Assembly (NCBI GenBank): GCA_030629005.1
Contig: DAOVPV010000002.1
Coordinates: 67,932-131,931, forward strand
DNA from: a bacterium
GTDB taxonomy: Bacteria; Babelota; Babeliae; Babelales; UASB340
DNA: 64,000 nucleotides
Direction: 5' to 3'
Below the pieces are notes generated by a model. It did not search any database. It was not told the DNA's origin and saw only the letters and a program-made list of their open reading frames with translations. The translations under genes and the position numbers were made by a program. Positions 37,645 to 46,136 of this stretch are shown here, in pieces (within the stretch, counting starts at the first letter, position 1; each line of letters opens with the position of its first letter).

Positions 37645-38943
37645 TTAATTTTTAATGTTTATATTTAATTTTAATAGTTTATCTTTTAGCTGTACAGAGG
37701 TTAAATTTAAGTTATTAGAAGCTTGTTTAATATCGTATTTGTTTTTTTTTAGAAAGTATAATAAAAATTTTTTTTCAAAGTTGTTCATAGCTTCTGTTAA
37801 TGATTTAAAACTCGTAAAAGATTGCTCTTCTATCATTTCTATTTGGTTTTCTTCTAAATATTCAAAAATTTCAGCTTCACTTATTATTCCATTTTCATTT
37901 TTAAATGTCTTAATTACATATTGTATTAGTTTTTTTAATTCGCGTATATTTCCAAACCAATTTTTATTTCTTAATATTCGAATTGCTCTTGAATCAAAAA
38001 TGATATTTTTTTTGAGTTTGATATTTTCTGTTTTAATAAAGCTTTCGCACATTAATGGAATATCATATCGCCTTTTGTTTAAGGATGGTATTTCTAGAGG
38101 GGTAACATTAATTGTATGAAAAAGGACGCTATTGAATTTTTGTTTTTTTACTAATGACAAAAGAGGTTCTGTGCTAGACACAATTAATCTTTTGTTTTTG
38201 TCTTGAATCTTTTCTATGTTTATTAACAAGTTGCGTTGGCACTCTTTTGATATTTTATTTATGTATTTTATATAAATAATACCATTTTGCTTAGAATAAA
38301 ATTTGTTTGTTTTTTTTATTATATCCTGATCTTTTAGTTTTAAGCAGTTTATTGTAATTAGTTCATATTTTTTTAGAGAACCTTTTTGATGTATATATTT
38401 TACAAATAAGCTTTTACCTGTGCCGTGTTCTCCATATATTATTAATGGATAATCTAAGTTTAATATAAGATTTACTTGTTGTAGTAGTTCAAGGAAAAGA
38501 TAGCTATTTCCAATAATTCCAAGTTTATTTAGTAAGAACTTATCGGACTCTTGTTTTGTTTTATTTTGGATTGCTTGTTTTTCATTTAAAAAATTTATTT
38601 TTTTTAAAATTACATTTAGATTTAATGGTTTTTCGATAAAATCTAAGGCGCCTTTTTTTAAAGATTCTATCGCTATTGGAATGTTGCCAAAACCAGAAAT
38701 CATAAAGACTTTTTGAGCTGGAAATTCTTTTTTTATTTGTTCTAGTAGAGCCATTCCATTACAATTAGGCATAAAGATGTCTAAAAAAACTAAATCTGGA
38801 ATAAGTTTTCCTATATAATCTATTGTTTTATTCCCATCGCTTAGTGTTTCTACCTGATAACCTTCATCTTCTAAAATTTCTTTAAGGGTTTTTAATATAA
38901 ATGTTTCATCATCAATAACTAAAATTAATGGTTTGTGTTTCAT
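37645..38943 (-). CDS. NtrC-family response regulator (REC, degenerate AAA+, Fis-type HTH)
   Basis: The REC domain is intact (LVIDDE, FLDIFMP, ISGFG, EKP). Walker A GEHGTGKS is present, but the ESELFGHEKGAFTGA segment is missing and IYIKYI replaces the Walker B LFLDEI. C-terminal HTH (IKQASNNLNLTSVQLKDKL). Confidence 0.75.
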   Translation of the reverse strand: MKHKPLILVIDDETFILKTLKEILEDEGYQVETLSDGNKTIDYIGKLIPDLVFLDIFMPNCNGMALLEQIKKEFPAQKVFMISGFGNIPIAIESLKKGALDFIEKPLNLNVILKKINFLNEKQAIQNKTKQESDKFLLNKLGIIGNSYLFLELLQQVNLILNLDYPLIIYGEHGTGKSLFVKYIHQKGSLKKYELITINCLKLKDQDIIKKTNKFYSKQNGIIYIKYINKISKECQRNLLINIEKIQDKNKRLIVSSTEPLLSLVKKQKFNSVLFHTINVTPLEIPSLNKRRYDIPLMCESFIKTENIKLKKNIIFDSRAIRILRNKNWFGNIRELKKLIQYVIKTFKNENGIISEAEIFEYLEENQIEMIEEQSFTSFKSLTEAMNNFEKKFLLYFLKKNKYDIKQASNNLNLTSVQLKDKLLKLNINIKN

Positions 38944-38957
38944 TAAAAAGTCTCTTT

Positions 38958-39719
38958 TTATTTAAGTTTATCTTCAGCTTTATTTGTAATTGGACCAGAT
39001 GCTAAACCTCTTATAAATTGGTAAATATATGGATTATCACATTCCCATATATCTTTTGTTGGGCCGGTATAAATTATTTTACCTTCATATAACATTGCTA
39101 CTGTATTTGCATATTTAAAGATTTCTATATCATGGGAAATGACTATTGTCGTTGCATTTAAATTCTCATGAGTCTTTTTAACAAGTTCATGTATTATTCT
39201 TGCTGTAATTGGATCTAGGCCTGTTGTTGGTTCGTCGTAAATTAATATTTTCGGACTCAGCATTAATGTTCTTGCTAGTCCTACTCTTTTTTTCATCCCT
39301 CCAGATAATTCACTTGGATATTTATATAATACATCTTCTTCTAGGCCAACACTTTTTATTCTTTCTGTTACTTTTATTTTTACATTTTCGATTGGCTCGT
39401 TGTTTTCTAACATAGTAATTCCAACATTTTCTAAAATATTTAATGAATCTAGTAGTGCTGCAAATTGGAATACATAGCCACATTTTTTGTATATGTTTTC
39501 TAAATCTTTTTTATCCAGTTCGGAAATATTTTGGCCGTCTATTATAATTTTACCAAGATCAGGTTTAATCAAGCCAATTATTTGTTTTAGAAGTACTGAT
39601 TTACCCTCACCAGAGCGACCTATAATTGCTAAAAAATCATTGTCTTTAATCGTTAAGTTTAACCCGCGGGTTATTTTTTTATCTCCAAATGATTTTACTA
39701 AGTTTATTATTTCTATCAT
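38958..39719 (-). CDS. mlaF: ABC transporter ATP-binding protein, MlaF-like
   Basis: Walker A GRSGEGKS, signature LSGGMKKRVGLAR, Walker B ILIYDEPT. Follows mlaE. ATG 39719 is preferred over the ORF-track start, which overlaps mlaE. Confidence 0.8.
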   Translation of the reverse strand: MIEIINLVKSFGDKKITRGLNLTIKDNDFLAIIGRSGEGKSVLLKQIIGLIKPDLGKIIIDGQNISELDKKDLENIYKKCGYVFQFAALLDSLNILENVGITMLENNEPIENVKIKVTERIKSVGLEEDVLYKYPSELSGGMKKRVGLARTLMLSPKILIYDEPTTGLDPITARIIHELVKKTHENLNATTIVISHDIEIFKYANTVAMLYEGKIIYTGPTKDIWECDNPYIYQFIRGLASGPITNKAEDKLK

Positions 39720-39729
39720 ATTTTTATCA

Positions 39730-40503
39730 CTAAAACATAAGAGTTGAAAGTATATAGTCTGCAATAAATATTATGACATTAGCTAAAACAACACTCTGTG
39801 TTGTTGCTATACCGACACCACGAGCTCCGCCCGTTGTAGTGTATCCCTTGTATGTACTAACAAGCGAAAGTAGTAATCCAAAAAATACTGCTTTAATTAG
39901 TCCATTTGTTATATCCGAAAATACAACACTTTCTCTTATGGCTTCAGTATACATTTCTGGATTTATATTAAGAACATAAACAGACATAAAATATCCTGCC
40001 ATGATTCCAAGAAGAGAACAAAATATAGAAAGAAATGGAAGTATTATAGTGGCAGCTAATATTTTAGGAACTATTAAATATTGTTTTACGTTTATACAAA
40101 GAGTTTGCAATGCATCTATTTGCTCGGTAATTCTCATGGTTCCAATTTCTGCTGTTATAGCAGAACCCGCTCGGCCTATAACCATTATAGCTGTAAATAC
40201 CGGACCGAATTCTCTAACCATAGAAATGAATACAATTGGTCCAATAAATTTTTCGGCTCCAAACTTGTGTAAGCCATAGTAAGCTTGAACCGCTAAAACA
40301 GCACCAACTGTAACTCCTATAAGAATAATAACCCATATGGATCCGACTCCAATATAGGACATTTGGAAAAAGAATTTTTTTGTTTTTAATCTTGTTGTGA
40401 ACAATGTTTCTAGAGTTTCATAAAAGAAGACACCCATTTTTCCGGCTCGATTGCAAATATCGATGACAATTTTTCCAATTAAATCGATAAATCGTAAAAG
40501 CAC
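39730..40503 (-). CDS. mlaE: ABC transporter permease, MlaE-like
   Basis: 257-aa polytopic protein with the MlaE-type layout (REFGPVFTAIMVIGRAGSAITAEIGTMRITEQIDAL). Confidence 0.8.
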   Translation of the reverse strand: MLLRFIDLIGKIVIDICNRAGKMGVFFYETLETLFTTRLKTKKFFFQMSYIGVGSIWVIILIGVTVGAVLAVQAYYGLHKFGAEKFIGPIVFISMVREFGPVFTAIMVIGRAGSAITAEIGTMRITEQIDALQTLCINVKQYLIVPKILAATIILPFLSIFCSLLGIMAGYFMSVYVLNINPEMYTEAIRESVVFSDITNGLIKAVFFGLLLSLVSTYKGYTTTGGARGVGIATTQSVVLANVIIFIADYILSTLMF

Positions 40504-40520
40504 ATTTGTTCCTTTTTATA

Positions 40521-40575
40521 TCAAAAACATTTTAAATAGATTTAGTTATTTTTTATTACTAAATCTATTTAAAAT
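40521..40575 (-). terminator. Perfect 18-bp inverted repeat downstream of secG (candidate terminator or attenuator ahead of mlaE)
   Basis: ATTTTAAATAGATTTAGT (40529-40546) and its exact reverse complement (40558-40575), with an 11-nt loop. On the minus strand it is followed by GTTTTTG. Confidence 0.5.
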
Positions 40576-40591
40576 CAATTAATTTAATATT

Positions 40592-40885
40592 TTATGATTT
40601 TTGGTTATTTCCAGATGAGTTTGTAGATGATGCTATTTTTTCTAATTTAGATTTAGACATCTCTTTTGTCTTTAAGATTGTAAGACCTAAAGCTCCAAAT
40701 ATAAAAAGAGCTCCCATAATCCATGTTGCTTTTTCAAAAAAATCTTGACCGCCTGAACCTCCAAAAAGTGCTTGCCCTCCGCCAAGGCTACCAAGACCCA
40801 TATCTCCTTTACCTTGCTGTATTAATATAAATAGAATTAAAAATAAACATAGTATTACAAAAAGAACTGTTAAAAATGTTACCAT
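40592..40885 (-). CDS. secG: Preprotein translocase subunit SecG
   Basis: Two TM segments with LIQQGKGDMG...GGSGG between them, the classic SecG pattern. Confidence 0.85.
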   Translation of the reverse strand: MVTFLTVLFVILCLFLILFILIQQGKGDMGLGSLGGGQALFGGSGGQDFFEKATWIMGALFIFGALGLTILKTKEMSKSKLEKIASSTNSSGNNQKS

Positions 40886-40933
40886 TTATGGCCTTTCATT
40901 TATTAATAAACTTATTGGTATTTACAATATAAT

Positions 40934-41701
40934 TTATGATTTTACTATTTTTTTAAATTCTTGGAAATCTAAACTTGATTTTCCTATTAAAAATCCATCT
41001 ATATTTTCTATATTTTTAAAAAAATTAATGTTTTTAGAGTTTACACTGCCTCCATATAGCAGTTCAAACTTTACTTTATAGGCTAATCCAGAAAAAGTTT
41101 TATGCAACCACATAAATATATTTTCTAGGTGGTTTTTGTCTGCAATTATGCCTGTTCCTATAGACCATATAGGTTCATAGGCTATATAAATTTTGAGATG
41201 ATTCAAATTTTTTATAGTGTTACAATTCAAAAGATCTAATATTTCAGATACTTGTTCTCTTAGGACTTTTAAGGTTATATTTTTTTCAAAGCATTCTAGA
41301 GCTTCTCCTATACACAGTATTGGTGAAATGTTGTTTTCGACAAGCCTTAAGAATTTGTGTTTTATATCAATATTTGTTTCGTTAAATTCTTTTTTGGCTT
41401 CTGAATGTCCAACTATACAGTGGCTAATATTTAATTTGTTTAAACTCTCTGCCGATATTTGTCCTGTAAAGCTTCCTCTAGAGTGAGATGAACAGTTTTG
41501 AGCACAGACTTTTATTTTTGTGGATCTAAAGATTTCAGATATCTGTCGTAAATTTAGGAAGGATGGACTTATTATTATATTAGAATCTATATTTTCACTT
41601 AATTTTATTAAGGCATCATAATTTTTTGATATATAGTTTATTTCTTCTATGGAGTTGAAGTGCATCTTCCAGTTAGATACGAACGTAAAATTAGTTTTCA
41701 T
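40934..41701 (-). CDS. tpiA: Triosephosphate isomerase
   Basis: SNWKMH, GSFTGQISAESL, IVGHSE, AYEPIWSIGTG and YGGSV motifs. Confidence 0.9.
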   Translation of the reverse strand: MKTNFTFVSNWKMHFNSIEEINYISKNYDALIKLSENIDSNIIISPSFLNLRQISEIFRSTKIKVCAQNCSSHSRGSFTGQISAESLNKLNISHCIVGHSEAKKEFNETNIDIKHKFLRLVENNISPILCIGEALECFEKNITLKVLREQVSEILDLLNCNTIKNLNHLKIYIAYEPIWSIGTGIIADKNHLENIFMWLHKTFSGLAYKVKFELLYGGSVNSKNINFFKNIENIDGFLIGKSSLDFQEFKKIVKS

Positions 41702-41857
41702 TTATTATAATATCTCCTTTTTTTTACAAGCAGTTTTTTTTATGATTTAATTTCATAATAACTTATTTAATGATTTTTCCAAGTTTATGTTGATTAAATC
41801 TTGACGAAATTTTAATTTAAAGTATGATCAGATCTTGCTTTAAATGGGATTTTAAAA

Positions 41858-43279
41858 ATGTGGTGTAGGTTGATGAGGTCTTCTGTGATATTAAAAAAAA
41901 TAGATAAAATTCTAATTATCTTTTTAGCCCAAATATTCTTTCTAAATTTAGATGCTTCTCATAATGCGAGCAGATATTTTCCATTTTTAGAGCGTCCTGC
42001 TGAGTATGTAACAAAAAATACATCACATGTTTCTCCATCTTTCTTTGTAACAGATGCATCGGTTGCTTTTGGTCGAGGTGGTGGAAATGCAGGTATACCT
42101 GAGCTATATGGGAGATATGATTTAAGAGATGTTATATCTAGTTTAAAAAAAGTTAAAGGTTCTGGTTATATAGATCCAATTGAAAAAGAACGAGGCCCTG
42201 CTGATGCATGGTTAGATAAGTCGATTATGTTTAAAGTGAATGGGAAGGTAAAATCGACAGGTTTATTATTAAATTATGAGCAATATGTTTCATTTAAAGG
42301 TTTTAATTATAAATTAAATGGTGTTCATTTACGTAATTTAAATTTAAAATTAAATGGAATTACCTTTGGATTGTCTGTACCATTTATGCGTGTGAATGCA
42401 GGTAACAATTTTGTTTTTATGCCTTCTACTTCAGACGTTGTTGTTCATAATTTAAGAAGCGGGGAGTTAGATCAGTTGAATAGAATTAGGCGTATTGTAA
42501 ATGATGATTTAGGCGTGCTTGGTGGAGATTGGGTAAAAGTTGGTCCCGGGGATTTGGATTTACATGCTGCTTTAAACTATAATTGGGATCATGAGTGGTT
42601 GATGAAATCGATAGATTTAAATTTTAGGTTGGGTTTAACTATTCCAACTGCTGTAAATTCAGATATTAATTATCCTTCATCCGTTTCTTTTATGGGCAAT
42701 GGACATTGGTCAATGTATTTGGATGTTGTTCCAGAGTTTGAGTTAAAGCAGGATTGGAAAGTTGGTCTGATGTTGAGTGCCATATATCAATTTGATAATT
42801 CTCGATCTTTCAGGGTTCCTGTGTATCAAGAACCTGCAATATTTAGTGCTCTAATTTTTGATTCAAAAACAAGTCCGGGAATGACGTTTAAATTTTCGCC
42901 GTATTTTATTGCTGAGAATTTAACCGATGGAATTGATTTTCAGGTGCGGTATACTTATTTAAGGCACAATAGTGATGAGCAGTATGATGACCGTACTGGT
43001 AGTTTTGTTAAAAGTTATTTGAATCAAACATCTGGTACTCAAATTTGGACGGATAAAAATTTAACTCAAGAGGACATTAATAAGAATATTGATGTAAAGT
43101 TTGATTTAACTAGATGGAGAATGCATTATATAACTCTTGAGCTTTTGTATGATTCAAAAGAAGCTGGAAATAATTGGATTTTAGATCCTAAATTTTTTAT
43201 GACTTTTGATTATCAATTTAGTGGAAATGGTTCTAGTAAAACACACCAATTAACTTTGGGTATACAGGCAGAATTTTGA
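41858..43279 (+). CDS. Putative outer-membrane beta-barrel protein
   Basis: Signal-like N-terminus, alternating amphipathic strands, C-terminal ...LTLGIQAEF ending in Phe. The start may be ATG 41873. Resembles the ORF at 59522..61000. Confidence 0.45.
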   Translation: MWCRLMRSSVILKKIDKILIIFLAQIFFLNLDASHNASRYFPFLERPAEYVTKNTSHVSPSFFVTDASVAFGRGGGNAGIPELYGRYDLRDVISSLKKVKGSGYIDPIEKERGPADAWLDKSIMFKVNGKVKSTGLLLNYEQYVSFKGFNYKLNGVHLRNLNLKLNGITFGLSVPFMRVNAGNNFVFMPSTSDVVVHNLRSGELDQLNRIRRIVNDDLGVLGGDWVKVGPGDLDLHAALNYNWDHEWLMKSIDLNFRLGLTIPTAVNSDINYPSSVSFMGNGHWSMYLDVVPEFELKQDWKVGLMLSAIYQFDNSRSFRVPVYQEPAIFSALIFDSKTSPGMTFKFSPYFIAENLTDGIDFQVRYTYLRHNSDEQYDDRTGSFVKSYLNQTSGTQIWTDKNLTQEDINKNIDVKFDLTRWRMHYITLELLYDSKEAGNNWILDPKFFMTFDYQFSGNGSSKTHQLTLGIQAEF

Positions 43280-43292
43280 TGGAGAAATTTTT

Positions 43293-44330
43293 ATGAAGTT
43301 TTGGCCAGCGACTAAATTATTTAGTTTATTTTCCAATGATCTTGCGATAGATCTTGGTACAGCAAATGTGGTAATATATGTTAAAAACCAGGGAGTTGTT
43401 TTAAATCAACCAGCTGTTGTTGCTGTAAAAGTATCAACAAGTGAAGTATTAGCGGCGGGGAATAAGGCGAAAAGAATGTTAGGTAAGACTCCCGAAAGTA
43501 TAGTTGCTTGTCGGCCTGTACGTGATGGTGTTATTGCTAATTATGAATTAACAGAAAGTATGCTACGTTATTTTATAAGTGAAGTGCATAATAATAGAAA
43601 GACTTTAGTAAGACCTAGAATGATTATCGGTGTTCCATCTGGAATTACACAAGTGGAAAAAAGAGCTGTAGAAGACTCTGCAAGGCAGGCTGGCGCTAGG
43701 GAGATTTACACCATAATGGAACCTATGGCTGCAGCTATTGGAGCGGGTCTTCCTGTTGAAGAGCCAATTGGTAATATGATTGTTGATATTGGTGGTGGAA
43801 CAACAGAAGTTGCTATAATTTCTTTAAAAGATGTTGTTTATTGTCGGTCTGTACGTGTTGGCGGCGATGAGATGGATCGTGCTATTGTTCAGTATGTAAA
43901 ACGAAAATATAACTTGTTAATAGGTGAAAGATCGGCAGAAGATATAAAAATAAAAATTGGAACAGCACTGCTTTCGGATGAAACGGCCAGAGAGACTGTT
44001 AAGGGACGAGACCTTGTAACGGGTGTTCCTAAGACAGTTCTTCTTACAGATGCAGAAGTTTTTGAAGCATTAACAGAGCCTATTTCTATAATAATAGATG
44101 CCGTGCACTCTGCTTTAGAAAATGCTCCCCCAGAATTATCTTCAGATTTAGTTGATAATGGAATTATGATGGCTGGAGGTGGCGCTTTACTTAAAAATTT
44201 AGATGTATTAATTTCTAAAGACACAGGTTTGCCGGTGAAAGTTGCAGAAAATCCGTTACTTTCGGTTGTTCTTGGTGCGGGTAAAGTTTTGGATGCTCTA
44301 GATTTTTATAAAGAAGCTCTTTTAAAATAG
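43293..44330 (+). CDS. mreB: Rod-shape-determining actin homologue MreB
   Basis: DLAIDLGTANVVIYV, IVDIGGGTTEVAIIS, GGDEMD and MAGGGALL motifs. Confidence 0.95.
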   Translation: MKFWPATKLFSLFSNDLAIDLGTANVVIYVKNQGVVLNQPAVVAVKVSTSEVLAAGNKAKRMLGKTPESIVACRPVRDGVIANYELTESMLRYFISEVHNNRKTLVRPRMIIGVPSGITQVEKRAVEDSARQAGAREIYTIMEPMAAAIGAGLPVEEPIGNMIVDIGGGTTEVAIISLKDVVYCRSVRVGGDEMDRAIVQYVKRKYNLLIGERSAEDIKIKIGTALLSDETARETVKGRDLVTGVPKTVLLTDAEVFEALTEPISIIIDAVHSALENAPPELSSDLVDNGIMMAGGGALLKNLDVLISKDTGLPVKVAENPLLSVVLGAGKVLDALDFYKEALLK

Positions 44331-44349
44331 AGTAAAGAAATTTTTATAA

Positions 44350-44428
44350 CTAGATTCTGGAACAAGTTTGGGATGACAAAGTGGAACGAACACTTGTCCT
44401 GTCATCCTAAATTTGTTTCAGGATCTAG
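44350..44428. repeat. Nested palindromic element, copy A (degenerate), about 79 bp
   Basis: Arms CTAGATTCTGGAACAAGTTTGGGATGACA (44350-44378) and TGTCATCCTAAATTTGTTTCAGGATCTAG (44400-44428) are imperfect reverse complements. Related to copies B and C. Confidence 0.75.
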
Positions 44429-44485
44429 TCCTAATTTTAACGTATAAATTTTTGCAGCTTATAATTAAACTCTAAGAGATTAAAT

Positions 44486-45316
44486 ATGAAGATAAAGGTT
44501 TTAATATTCTTTTTAGCAATATTTTCTTTTGGTTTTGCTTTTGCTAACAAAAAAAAATCGAGAATAACAGAAAATACCGTTGCAAACGCAGAAACTATTG
44601 ATAATCAAACAAAAAAAGATATTAGTTTAAAAACTGAAAACATAGAGTACAAATTTGTTGTGTTCGATATTAGTAATTGTTTTTGGCAAAAAACTTTATA
44701 TGAAATTTTTATGTCTTTAAAAAAGAGAATAAAGATACCAATTAAGGGTTATTTTGATCTTTTACAATGTGGTGTTTCTTATGCCTTAGGTAATTTGGAT
44801 GCAAAAAGAGGTTATCAGACTTTTTTTAAATATATGAATAATATGTCTAAAGATGAAATAAAGGACAAGTGTAGTTTTATTTGGGAACAAGATTGTAAAA
44901 ATTTTATTTATAAAGATGTTGCAGATTTGTTCAAAACATACAAAAAACAGGGGCTTAAGCTTATAATGGTAGATGCTGGTATTTCTGAATTGTATGAAGA
45001 TCTTTTAAACGTTTATGATTTTGATTATGTTTTTACAGCAAATTTAGAATATAAAGATGGCAAGTCTACTGGGAAACTTTTGGGAGAGCCTTGTTCTGGG
45101 ATTCATAAATATAATGTTATAAAAAAACTTATAGAAGAAGATTTGGGTGGATTTTTAAAAGAGACTATTTTTTATGCTAATAGCAATAACGATATTCCAT
45201 TATTAGAACATGTTGGAAAGCCGATTGCTGTAAATCCCAACAAAAAGTTAAAGCATAAAGCCTTAAGATCTAAATGGGAGATTTTAAATTTTACAGAAGT
45301 AATAAATGAAGAATAA
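44486..45316 (+). CDS. HAD-superfamily hydrolase, subfamily IB (SerB-like), with signal peptide
   Basis: FVVFDISNCFW (motif I-like region), a DAG region, and C-terminal YANSNNDIPLLEHVGKPIAVNPNKKL typical of HAD-IB. N-terminal signal-like MKIKVLIFFLAIFSFGFAFA. Confidence 0.6.
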   Translation: MKIKVLIFFLAIFSFGFAFANKKKSRITENTVANAETIDNQTKKDISLKTENIEYKFVVFDISNCFWQKTLYEIFMSLKKRIKIPIKGYFDLLQCGVSYALGNLDAKRGYQTFFKYMNNMSKDEIKDKCSFIWEQDCKNFIYKDVADLFKTYKKQGLKLIMVDAGISELYEDLLNVYDFDYVFTANLEYKDGKSTGKLLGEPCSGIHKYNVIKKLIEEDLGGFLKETIFYANSNNDIPLLEHVGKPIAVNPNKKLKHKALRSKWEILNFTEVINEE

Positions 45317-45351
45317 CTAGTTTTAGTCATACGATATAATTGAATTTTTAT

Positions 45352-45434
45352 TACTGGATCCTGAAACGAGTTCAGGATGACTGTGGGTATATAAATCATC
45401 TCATTTGTCGTCCTGAACTTGTTTCAGGATCCAG
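45352..45434. repeat. Nested palindromic element, copy B, 83 bp
   Basis: Arms ACTGGATCCTGAAACGAGTTCAGGATGAC (45352-45380) and GTCGTCCTGAACTTGTTTCAGGATCCAGT (45406-45434). Each arm contains its own ATCCTGAA-N5-TTCAGGAT hairpin. Confidence 0.85.
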
Positions 45435-45488
45435 TTTTATAAATCATATATCACGCTGTAAGCTGCGGGTAATCTAACCAAAATTGAA

Positions 45489-46037
45489 TTAAACAGTAGG
45501 ATTATCAGCTTTTTCTTTTTTTAATTTTTGTACTGTTTTTGTTGCAAATTTTTTAATTTTTTCTTTTTTTAATGTCCCTGTTATTAAAATTCCTGTGCTT
45601 GCAGCTATAATAGAAATTGTTTTTCCATTGTTTTTTACTGTTTTTAAAGACCAGTTAATTGCTTTTTCTAAATTAAGTTTTTGTTTTTGTATGAATTTTG
45701 AGAGTTTGTATTTTGCAAGTTTTTTAAAGAGATGGTATGTACTGATTGTAATACTTATTTTTTCATCTGTTTCTTTTGGCATATATCCATGAAGTTTAAG
45801 TTCATTTGCTACTTCTTCTGGTTTTTCATTTTGCAGAGGTTCTAATATATCTAGAGCTTTTGTTATTGCATCTTCATATCCAATTTTTTCTTGTGTTATC
45901 GTTTCTAAAATTGCTTTATTAAAATACTCTATTCTTGTTTTTACATCAACATTAAATGTTTCTTCCGATGTATTTTGAGCGTAGTTTGGATTGGTTGTTA
46001 ACGTTAATATTGTGATAAACATAAAAAAATTCTTCAT
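45489..46037 (-). CDS. Hypothetical secreted protein
   Basis: Signal peptide MKNFFMFITILTLTTNPNYA. Motif copy 8 sits in frame immediately after it (SEETFNV). Confidence 0.45.
   Translation of the reverse strand: MKNFFMFITILTLTTNPNYAQNTSEETFNVDVKTRIEYFNKAILETITQEKIGYEDAITKALDILEPLQNEKPEEVANELKLHGYMPKETDEKISITISTYHLFKKLAKYKLSKFIQKQKLNLEKAINWSLKTVKNNGKTISIIAASTGILITGTLKKEKIKKFATKTVQKLKKEKADNPTV
45948..45969 (-). repeat. Dispersed motif copy 8 (exact), inside ORF 45489..46037
   Basis: Read in frame as SEETFNV (residues 24-30), right after the predicted signal peptide. Confidence 0.9.
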
Positions 46038-46136
46038 ATTTTCTCCTTATTTTTTTAATAAATATTGTATTTGGTTTTAAAAACTATATTTAGAATATAA
46101 AAAATACTGCCAAAATTATAAAAGATTTTATTTTAA

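Noticed and set aside
45172-45399. 75-aa minus-strand ORF (...VILNSFQDPVIKIQ...)
   Set aside because: It runs through the left arm of palindromic element B and overlaps the 3' end of the HAD gene. This is the typical spurious ORF generated by such repeats.
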